Part shown: piece after piece, positions 1-9,819 of the stretch | Position numbering within the stretch: the stretch's first letter is position 1 | Layout of the letters: every line of letters starts with the position of its first letter | Origin: Chiloscyllium plagiosum | Lineage: Eukaryota | Length of the DNA: 48,924 nt | Direction: 5' to 3' | Assembly (NCBI RefSeq): GCF_004010195.1 | Contig: NW_025215178.1 | Location: forward strand, 1 to 48,924 | Translations under genes and position numbers: made by a program | Notes under the pieces: model-generated | Databases searched by the model: none | The model's input: only the letters and a program-made list of their open reading frames with translations | What the model was told of the DNA's origin: nothing

Positions 1-620
1 TGCTAACTATCCACCTAGCGCCCTGAATTCTGAATCCCAGACCACTTCACAGTTCCTACACACGTCCATGTTGATAGGAATGATATGGCATTTGACTGTT
101 CACTTTCCCCTAGACGAATGTAATGCAGGCACAGTGACATTCTTGAGCCCACCATCCTGGAATCACATTGACAGTCACAGAAACACTGACACCTTCTTCA
201 ATTTCCAGGGTCCCCCGTGACCAGTGCTCCTCCTTCCTTCTCCCTCCGCTCCTGTACAGACAGGCTGCTTGTGGTGCCGCAAACATGGCTCTGACTGTCC
301 TCCCCTGAGCAGCCAGCATCTTCATCAGCTTTAAAATTGGGAAACTGAATTGTGAGGGAGACACCAGGCTGTTCTCAGATTCCCTGACTGTTTCTCTTTG
401 ATTGACTGGGTACCCATTCCCTTCTTTCTTCCAGGGCGCCAGTCTGCAGGGTGACACCCTCTCTGTGTGTGCTACCACATAACTATCAATATCACCGATG
501 CATCACAGATGCTCCAGTCACTATCTGTGCTTTATGATCCGGTGTTCATCTGGAACGCCAGCAAGGGCTACGACTTCCCAATGCAACAGAACACATTTCC
601 ACTTGAGAAATACATGCTGC
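1..620 (-). mobile_element. Highly decayed CR1 LINE ORF1 (SGNH-esterase region) remnant
   Basis: Minus strand near 1-80 reads ...VVWDSEFRALGG, resembling the CR1 ORF1 segment after the GTND motif; similar to the better-preserved ORF1 at 16221-16540. Boundaries approximate. Confidence 0.45.
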
Positions 621-2049
621 CATGTCTTAAACTGCAACATAGCTAGTCTTAGTTAAATATTAACTGAGTATAACGTTAACATCTCGGAAATAACATGGCA
701 GTTAAGTCCATTATCCAACTGTGGCTTACTGAGATTACTTTAGCACATTGAATGAGATTTTGACTTATTCCTCTTATTTCTCAGTTCAATCCTTCTTTCA
801 GAAGTTGAAAAAAAATAAATTTACTAAGAACTGTATTATTAGCCAATGAAATTACAGTTTTTTCTGTGATGGCTCTTGCACTTCTTCCAAACTCCTTGTA
901 GGTCAGGGCACATCCGCAGAAAAGTGTTTCTCCAATCCTCCAATTCACACTCCACTCTGCTCCCTCACAGGGTCACCGTCTCTGTGACACCCTGGTACGA
1001 CTAGGCTTCGATCCTCAGTGCTGATTTATATCCTCCCAATTTGCTGCCTCTGTAACTCCCAGGTGTGAGTTAGCCACAAGCTCCTGCTCCAAGTTGCTTC
1101 CTCACATGGTCACGCCCTCTGTTACTTGGTGCGAATTTCCAGCCTCCTGCTCTGCTGCTTCTCCAACTCATTCTCCCAGGAGGCCACAAAGTTCAGCTGT
1201 GATATATAACATCCCATTCCGCACTGCTCCCTCACAGGTGCACCGTTGTGCCGGGAAATGCAGTAGAAAAAAGGATGATTAAAGTTTGCAGAGTGTGTTA
1301 CAGTGATTGAACGATCTGTAGGGGATGGATAAGGTTATCTGGAGAGGTAGGCATATCTGCGGTGCCTAAAGCAGGTTACTGGAAGATACAGCAAGAGTTG
1401 TAGGCACTGAAGAACGCAATGGAAAGAGAGAGAAGGTGGTTTATTGGTGATGGAGCTTTGTAGAGGCTAAAGGGCTTCTTTTTGGCTGCTTGCAGAGATA
1501 GAATGACTTCAACAAATGCAAATTGACAGCCACGAAGATACTGGAGACTGNNNNNNNNNNNNNNNNNNNNNNNNNNNNNNNNNNNNNNNNNNNNNNNNNN
1601 NNNNNNNNNNNNNNNNNNNNNNNNNNNNNNNNNNNNNNNNNNNNNNNNNNNNNNNNNNNNNNNNNNNNNNNNNNNNNNNNNNNNNNNNNNNNNNNNNNNN
1701 NNNNNNNNNNNNNNNNNNNNNNNNNNNNNNNNNNNNNNNNNNNNNNNNNNNNNNNNNNNNNNNNNNNNNNNNNNNNNNNNNNNNNNNNNNNNNNNNNNNN
1801 NNNNNNNNNNNNNNNNNNNNNNNNNNNNNNNNNNNNNNNNNNNNNNNNNNNNNNNNNNNNNNNNNNNNNNNNNNNNNNNNNNNNNNNNNNNNNNNNNNNN
1901 NNNNNNNNNNNNNNNNNNNNNNNNNNNNNNNNNNNNNNNNNNNNNNNNNNNNNNNNNNNNNNNNNNNNNNNNNNNNNNNNNNNNNNNNNNNNNNNNNNNN
2001 NNNNNNNNNNNNNNNNNNNNNNNNNNNNNNNNNNNNNNNNNNNNNNNNG

Positions 2050-2450
2050 TGTCGTCACTCAAGAAGGCAGCGCACCACCACTTTCTCAGGGACAACTCAA
2101 AAGCCAACAATGCTCATGTCCATGAAGGAATGAATGAAGGAAGGATTTTTAAAAATAAATCAACGAGCTGCACTGAGGTCACTCAGGAAGGCACTTTCAA
2201 CAACACTTCACAAACTCGGAACAACTATAACTTAGAATGACAGGAGTTCCAGGTGCACAGGAAATCCGGCATTTCCAAGGTACCCTCCAAACCACACTCC
2301 ATCCTCCCAGCACTGTGTCTGTCCCTATACCCAAAGCATTGCAGTTGGTCAGGAAGGCAGATCACCACCAACTTCTCCAGTTAATTACAGATGGGAAAGA
2401 AATTATGGCCTTGCCACTGATGGCCACATCACATCATTGAATTGAAAATG
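2050..2450 (+). mobile_element. Two copies of an L2/CR1-type LINE 3' tail
   Basis: CAAGAAGGCAGC-CACCACCAC-TTCTC...CACATC/CATGTC...TGAAT tail at ~2059-2140 and ~2350-2445; similar tail at ~39270-39360. Confidence 0.55.
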
Positions 2451-3349
2451 GGCAATTCACAGACTGTTCACGTCCCCTTTGCTTCCTCCATACAACCCAC
2501 ATTCCCAGCTAATTTTGTATCACCAACAAATATGAAACATTAGATTTTGTCCATCCATCAAATCCATTTGTGATTAGTTGGGGGTCAAGCACTAATCCAT
2601 TTAATCCCGCTTAGTTTTCTGTCTGTTGAAGAATTCCCAATCCATATTTCATCCACAAGTCTCAATCTTGCTTATCGACCTCTTCAGTGGGACCTTGTTG
2701 AAAATCCAATAAACCATTCCTCCGTTTTATCTACCCTGTTGTCTACAGCAGACATGAAAACAATTCCACCAGTGTTTTTGAAATGACATCTCGCTCTCAG
2801 AACAATACGCATAGCACTGTCAGAAAATAGAGAGCGGGTATAAAGGAGTAAGCCAGTGACAAGTGGAGCTCCACAACGGTCAGTGTTTGGACCACACTGT
2901 ACATGCTATACATTAACAGTCTGGATGAGGGATGTGAGGGGATAATGGAAACAGGTTACTCAGAAAGATCCCAGGAATGAAATACTTGTCATATGGGGAG
3001 CAGTGAAGATACTGGGTCTGTACTCGATGAGGTTTCAGTGGGGGTGGCAGAATTGGATTCAAACGTATAAAATACTGAGGGACCTGGATAGAAGCGGACA
3101 TGGGGAAGATGTCTCATGAGGAGGGTCTGCCAAGCAAGCTAAGATAAAAGGTAGGGAGGAGGGACTTGGGGGAGGGGCGTTGGGAATGCGATAGGTGATG
3201 GTTTCATATCAGCAATGAAATAGTAATATCCATTCACTTTCAGCGAAAACGGTGAATAAAAGAAATTGTCTGAAATATGAATAGCCAGCGCAGGCTATTT
3301 TGTTCCCCGATTAATCTGCTGCACAGACTATCATATTTAAAGGTACCTT

Positions 3350-4560
3350 TCAAAGAGAGTACTTGTGGCTGTCCATATGACAATGGAACTTGTTGCCCTC
3401 GCTCTCACTGCCATTATTGATCGTGTTGGGTTTGGCATCCTCACCTTGCATGCGGGAGTTCACTGTACAATTGTCTGCTGTGAAAGATCGGAGTTCTTTG
3501 GAGCAGAAAGATGCGAAGAACGTGTGCTTCATGGAGATGTTGTTGGAATGTTGTGCGGAGCTGGGAAGTGGAATCCTCACAGTTCTGGGTAACATCCTCC
3601 GGGTTGTAGAGCCTGTTGTGAAGCCTACTGTACTGTGGCGGTTGGAATTGATTTAGTTTCATTGCCGCTGGGTCCAGTTGTTGGTGTTGCAGATTGGATC
3701 CTGATCAATGTGTTTATTGATGGAATTCATGGATGGGTGCCCTGCTTCTAGAAATTCTCTGGCTGCCTTCTGATTTCCCTGTCCTATCACTGTTGTGCTG
3801 CTCTCAAGGATGCTTGCTGTCTGTACGTATAGCTACTAGGGACAGCTGGCCATGGCAATTAGTGACGGCCACACAAATTCTTTGCCAAGAATATGTATCC
3901 CACAACTGCATTCCCAGATGTCTGGCACACTAAATTGTCAACTAGGATATACCATAAAGCAATGGAAAAACCATGCTTCCCTTTATTAAAATAAATTTCT
4001 GGAAACTGATTGCTAGACTCCTCTGAACACTCGGATTTACGACAGCACATAAATCAACAGCCTCGCTGAGGGAAAGCTCACCAGAAAACAATATCCAATG
4101 CCCATCTTGTGCAGGACAAATGTGGCTGTCAAGATTCCACGCAGGGACTGCACGAAACGCTATATCAGAGAGACAGTCGGACAACTAGCGAGCTGCAATC
4201 ATGAACTTCAATCAGCCCGTATACGCCACGGGAAGCTGTTCTTGTAGTTGTATGTAGAGCTTTGAGTGTTTCTGATTCAGGGGCTTGGACCGTCTGCAGC
4301 ACTGGTTAATTCCCTGTGTTGTAACTACTGTTGGAACATATGTAAAACTCGATTGCTCATTGAGAAGTACATCCAAAATATTAGCCGAGAGAAGTATTTT
4401 AGTGGTTTTTCTGGTGCTGTTCCTGTCATGCCCTCTGGAACTGGACTTATTGTGTGCTTCCTGACGGTTCAGCGCATGCTTCCATGATCGTATTGTGGGC
4501 AGAAACCTGCGTTTTAGCTGCAATAACGTGCGTTTGCAAATCTGGTACACCTCCCTGTAT
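3350..4560 (-). mobile_element. Decayed Penelope-like element (RT + GIY-YIG) with an internal inversion
   Basis: Minus ~3690-3870 resembles AREFLEAxHxSxNSINKHIDxDPI. Plus 3870-4215 resembles LPYIK..AHKPT..TNVVYKIPCxDCxKxYIGETGR..HEHQLA (GIY-YIG). Minus 4215-4560 is a weak RT N-terminal relic. Confidence 0.75.
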
Positions 4561-5832
4561 TTTGTTATCTCTTATTGTGTGCAATTGCAACACGGCAAAT
4601 TATTAATTAACATTGGAAGGTGACAAACGGAGGCATGTGAAATGCCAAGGTAATAGTGACATTTATCCAATGGTTGCATATTACTTTCATTCAGGAGATA
4701 AGGATGTAAAACGTGTTTGTGTAGAAATGAGGAACGGTGAGGAAAGAAGTCATCCGCAGGTGAAGTTTACAAGTACACTCGCAGTAACCACTACGTACAA
4801 GAAAAAAATACTACACGTGAGTGATAAAAGATGGCAATAGTTACGGGTGATCTTAGTTTCCCATCTCCCACTCACGGTTCAATGGTAAAAAAAAGTTTGG
4901 ATAACAATAATCAATAAATCATATATGTCCCAGAGAACAACGCGAGCCATATTTTGGTCATCGATTAGTTTACTTAGTCTCTGTCTTTTCTTGGAAACCA
5001 TCTCCTTTGTTGTGACCATCAGGAAAGACATGACTTTTGGCATAAAGAAAATGAAGATGATGTCACTAATCTTTGTTTGTTTCATGCACAAGTACAATCA
5101 GGCAACCTTGATCAACTCTGCTCGTCATACTAGCAAAGAAATCTGGAAAAATGCCAAGTGTGATTTTTCTCTCAATAAATAATTTTGATTCAGTTTGACT
5201 GAAACCACCTCTCCCGAAAGTTGTGCTTTTCTTCTTTTAAAATGGTGCCCGGCATCTTCCAAATGACAGCAAAGATACGAGAGCAGATGGAAGCAATTTA
5301 GCCTATCAAGTCTGCGACAAAATTCAATGAGATCTTGGCTGATTTGGTTAATTCTCAACCCCCGTTTTTATCCTCACCTCCGTGATGCTCCATGTCTGTC
5401 TATCACAGCCTTGAATATACCTCGCCTTCACAGCCCTCTGTTGTTAGGAAACCCTCAGATTTTCTACCCTCTCAAAGAGTGAATATCCTCCTTATTATTT
5501 TCTTAAATGTTTGATCCCTTCAGCTGTGATAACGCACTCTCGTTCCAATTTCTCGCGGGTGTACATCAGGGCAGAATAAGCCCCTGAAGGTAGGTCTGCA
5601 CTCTCCACTGCCGCTCCGTGTATTTGAAACAATTTCATATTTTGATCTCTGATTAAAAATAGTAGACCTAATTTGCACATCAGATTTGCCAGCAGTGAAA
5701 GGGCTAGACAAATGCAAGGACATTTTTCTTTCGCGATTCAGTGCTGTGTTTATTCCCCTCTCTGCACATGAAAATGGATTCTACCCATCCACTTTATCTC
5801 TCATCAATATGTGTGCAATTCAAATTGATGTA

Positions 5833-6068
5833 GCCATGACTACACACGCGCAATGCTGTCTTAATATGTCTTATGTAATGGAAAGTTCCAACCTGAAACA
5901 CCACGATTTGGCTTTTCCTGGCACCCCAGCATCCTTCTCCTTTCGAAAGCAAGAGAGTGTGACAGCGAATACTGGGGTACCAGGAAAAGCCAAGTCCTGG
6001 TGTTTCAGGTTGGAAATTTCCGTTACATCAGACATACTGAGACAGCATTGCGCGCGTGTAGTCACGGC
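5833..6068. repeat. 96-bp inverted repeat (arms 5833-5928 and 5973-6068, 44-nt spacer)
   Basis: Hand alignment of the left arm to the reverse complement of the right arm gives 86/96 identities with no gaps. Confidence 0.95.
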
Positions 6069-6139
6069 CGCGTGATACAGGTGATGGATTAGGAATCCAT
6101 TGGGGCTTCCCTCCACAGGTTCGAATTCTGCTGGCTCAG
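6058..6139 (+). pseudogene. tRNA-Ser(AGA)-derived pseudogene (anticodon now AGG)
   Basis: GTAGTCACGGCCGCGTGATACAGGTGATGGATTAGGAATCCATTGGGGCTTCCCTCCACAGGTTCGAATTCTGCTGGCTCAG; 82 nt, colinear with vertebrate tRNA-Ser(AGA); A box and acceptor stem damaged. Confidence 0.9.
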
Positions 6140-6929
6140 TTTTCAGTGATGTCATACAGGACGAGTTTTCACTCATAGTTCAGAAACCTCGTCTCAACAA
6201 ACAAGTTGATTAGACTTAGCAAACTCAAGTTATTAATCAAAAATGCAACACACTTAAAACATTATCTCCGTTTCTGTTTGCACAGTTACTGCCAGACCCA
6301 TCGAGATTTTGCAGTATTCTTTGAATGTACTGTGAATCTATTCAAAAGTGCTGCTTTTGAATAGATTCCTTTTACCCCAGTCCTCCGTTCACTAACTCTG
6401 GTCAGTGGCAACACTTCCCCCCGCTCGTCGAAGAGCTAATCCCCATCACTAATTTTCCCATCATTACAAATAGCCGCAGGAAATTGCTGACAAACCATCT
6501 TTGCTCCAAAGCGAAACTCACCAACATCGGGAATCCCTCCACACTACGGGAATTCTCATCCCTGGACATGATGAAATACAGACGATTGTGAACAGATTTT
6601 GGGAAAATATTGCCACTTGTCAGGTGAAAAAAATGTTAAGGAGGTAAAGCACGTCACCCAGTCTCCAGCTTCGTGAATTTTCAGAAACTCTTTGGGAAAA
6701 GGACTCAGAGGAGAATTAAGAAGGGTGAACTGTCAGACTGATCGGAAACAGTCAGGACAACTTCCCGTTCTTTCAGAGGACGGGACATTGATTCTGATGT
6801 TCTCAGGACATGAACTGATTGGAGACATTGAAGTAATTGTCGGTCAAGTACATGAGGAATACAAACCTCATATGGACAGTGGGACAATGAAAATACTCGA
6901 TACCACACAAGATACTGAGAGGTTCGAAG

Positions 6930-7195
6930 AGAGGTATTCCCGATTAGAGCAGAGCTGGTTCCCAGTAACATGGGTGTGTCTGCCGTGGATGGGATCAGAC
7001 TGTTCCCATGTCTCCATTATGAATGTCACAGTCCTTATTTCGGAAAAGTAAAACTGATAGAGGACAGTTGTCGTTATGAGAATGTCAGCTTGAAGTTGGA
7101 GGTCAATCACAGACTGCTTTCGAGGATCGTCCAAGGTGTTAGGTTGGAAGTATCAGCTCATTCGACTGTTAAATGAAATGTTACTGGTTCAGTGG
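6930..7195 (+). pseudogene. Possible decayed IgV (butyrophilin/B7-like) exon relic
   Basis: Across frameshifts: ELVPSNMGV..WMGSDCSHV..SPYFGKVKLIEDSCRYENVSLKLE..RGSxK..NVTG, resembling the V-set pattern LVP..M.V.W..Y.GR.EL....GNVSLKL..D.G.Y.C. The conserved cysteines are not seen in frame. Confidence 0.25.
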
Positions 7196-7349
7196 CCCCA
7201 GGGCGACAGTGATTGATGTTCATAATGCATCTGTTTTCTGTGCTGCATCATTTCGTGTTTCTAATGGGGTCAGGAAAATGTTCTCCAAACAGAAACTTTT
7301 GGTATGACGAACAATTAAAAAAGTTTCAGCATTGCTTTAATGGTTAATG

Positions 7350-7535
7350 TAAAGAACTGTGGATTCTGGGAATCTGAAGCAAAAACAGAAACTGTTGTCG
7401 AAACTAACCAGTTTGGCAGTGCCAGTGGGAGATTACCGAGTTCTGATGAGGTTTTGAAATATTTGTCTCTAATTCTCTCTGAATAGACACTGTTAAATCT
7501 GCTGAGATTCTCCTGGTATTTCAGTTCGTGGTTTT
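7350..7535. mobile_element. Old short palindromic Penelope-terminus element
   Basis: Degenerate inverted arms (AACAGAAACTGTTG..AAACT..CAG vs CTGCTGAGATTCTCCTGGTATTTC) around a CTGATGA..GAAA remnant at 7443. Confidence 0.45.
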
Positions 7536-7859
7536 AACTGAATGCCTATTTCATTTATATGGATGATACAACCGAATGCACCAACCACTGCCTGAAAAAG
7601 TTGTCATTTACGTCCCTCTTAATCTTTCTCTTCCCACCTTAAACCTATGCCCTGTAGTTTTGGACTCCCCTATCCTGGGAAATAGACCTTGACTATTCAC
7701 TCTTCCCATAATTTTATAAACGTCTAGCAAGTGCAGATGTGACTCCAATCAACAGTAATGGTTGTGCTTTCAGTCATCCCAGGCCAAAATTCTGAAATTC
7801 AATACTGTCATCTCTTCCTTCTCCATTAAATCACAATTCCAAAATAATTTTAATCAACA

Positions 7860-8105
7860 TGTTCCAGACTCGGGTGACTGTCTGTGTGGAGTTTGCACAG
7901 TCTCCCTGTATCACAGTGGGCTTCCTCCAGGTGATCTGGTTTCCTCCCACAATCCAAAAATAAGCAGGTCAGGTGGATTGACCATGCTAAATTGTCATTA
8001 GAATTAAGTGCATTAATCAGATGTCTGGGTGGGTTGCTCTTCAGAGGTTCGGTGTCGATTTGTTGTGCTCAAGGACCTATTTCCACACTGTAGGGAATCT
8101 AATCA
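7860..8105 (+). mobile_element. HE1 SINE, 5'-truncated, old
   Basis: TGTGTGGAGTTTGCAC..TTTCCTCCCACAATCCAAA core and TTTCCACACTGTAGGGAATCTAATC tail. Confidence 0.85.
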
Positions 8106-8134
8106 AAGTTCTGACATATGGTGAAACATCTCTG

Positions 8135-8380
8135 TAGGATTTGAACCTAGACCTTCAGGCTCAGAGGTAGGGTCACTACCACCACTCAGCAATAGCCCTT
8201 AACGCTGCATGAATCTCCTGTGTGTTTGTTCATCAGCCTGTTTTGACATGCTGTGACACACCTCCACAACAGGCACGACTTGAATCCAGATCATCTGCTC
8301 CAGAGATTATGATACTACCACAAGTTCATGGACAGGAATCAAAGTCAGGGCTCTGGCTCAGAGACAAGGGTGCTACACAT
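8135..8380 (-). repeat. Three decayed tandem tRNA-derived SINE-head-like units
   Basis: Recurring GGA(T/C)TTGAA(C/T)C...GGCTCAGAG..AGGG..CTACCAC (reverse B box then A box) at ~8137, ~8277 and ~8334. Confidence 0.5.
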
Positions 8381-8979
8381 ACATAAGACTTAAACCATGC
8401 CCAGAATCTGGGTCATATTTTAAGTGTCAGGTTTCAGCTCTGCATGGATTTATTAAATTCTAATTAACATGACAGAAAGACACAGGCAACAGTTCTCATT
8501 GTTTAACAAATAAAATGTATTAGCCTCAGCTGTAGGATGTTGAGTTTATGTGCTATGCCATCGAGATAAACTATGAACATTTTTAATTACTTGTCTATGA
8601 TTTCCAGCTTAATTGGTTATTACCTCTAGTCTGCAATATTAGGGAAATAAATCCTGCAGACACACTCTGCACTATGAAGAATTTGGAAATGTTATCAGTA
8701 CTGAACAGCAGAGACGAAGAAATAGCACATCTTCTGGCCAAAAACACGATCACTATTTACAACTTCTAATATGGGGTTTTCCTCTTCATAAAGTCATTTA
8801 TTGATACAAGGCAATTGTTTTCTTTCAAGGCTCTCCTTACCCACTCCTCCCTTTGCCAGTGCAAAGACCCTGCGCTCTGGGTCTTTGGCAAAATAAAGGC
8901 TGCTGTTTGTAGGCCTTCTGGAGAGGAGAGGGTCTTTTAAATCTGAATGGGGAGGGGGAGGGTGCAGTAATATCACTCA

Positions 8980-9292
8980 CTGGGCTGTGGTATGGCAGAT
9001 GGAGTTTAACTTGGAGAAACGTGCGTTAATGCATTTTGGTAAAATAAACAAGGGGAGGACTTATACAAATAATGGTAATGCGTTGGTAGTGTTGTAAAAA
9101 GGAGGGACCCGCAGCTGCTTTGAAGTTTGCAGCACATATGCACAGGTGCCTTCATTGCTCAAACCATTGAGGTTAGAAGTTGGAAAGGCAGGCTGCGGTT
9201 GTGCAGGACATTGATAAAGCCTCTTCTGTTGTAGGAAGGAGATTATTAAGCTGAAGAGGGTTTAGATGAGATTTACCAGGATATTGCCAGGA
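8980..9292 (+). mobile_element. CR1 ORF2 3' fragment
   Basis: WQMEFNLEK..MHFG motif, decayed. Confidence 0.75.
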
Positions 9293-9294
9293 AA

Positions 9295-9680
9295 ACCTTA
9301 TCTTCTGCCTCAAAATCCTACAATCACACGACATGAACATTGGATTAACTGATTTAATCCAGATTCCAGATCCAGCCCTCTGACTCAGATCTGCCCTCTC
9401 AAGGAAATCTACCTGTCTGCCTTCCTTCCCACCTATCCACTCCCCACCGACCTATCACTGTCTCCTCCCACCTTCATCCACGTATTGCCTACCTTTCACC
9501 CAGCCTCACCCCCACCACCCATTTTCTCTCAGTCCCCTTTCCCCTCCCCAGTCCTGAAGAAGAGTCCTGCCTGAAACATTGACTCTCTTGCTCCTCGGCT
9601 ACTGCCTGACCAGCTGTGCCTTTTCCATGCCATGCTTTATCTACACTGAATTCTCCAGCATCTGCAGTTCTCATTGTTAC
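9295..9680 (+). mobile_element. Penelope-like 3' end with hammerhead-like terminus
   Basis: C-rich UTR, AGTC-CTGAAGA..GAAACATT-GACT at 9550-9584, then CTCCAGCATCTGCAG end motif. Confidence 0.75.
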
Positions 9681-9819
9681 TTAGGTACAATTCTCTGTTA
9701 GCATATCCATGCCGTCTGCCTGCTATAACCCCACATTGTTTTACGCACAGTTTCTGTTCGGATCATGTACTGTAAAATTTCTATCAATCTCTTACTGATA
9801 TTGTAATGCCTGAGCAGTA

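Noticed and set aside
1453..1550. U4-like ends (AGCTTTG...GGAGACTG)
   Set aside because: Interior does not match and the length is too short; likely chance.
5686..6176. Opposite-strand ORFs with near-identical peptides
   Set aside because: A consequence of the inverted repeat; no coding evidence.
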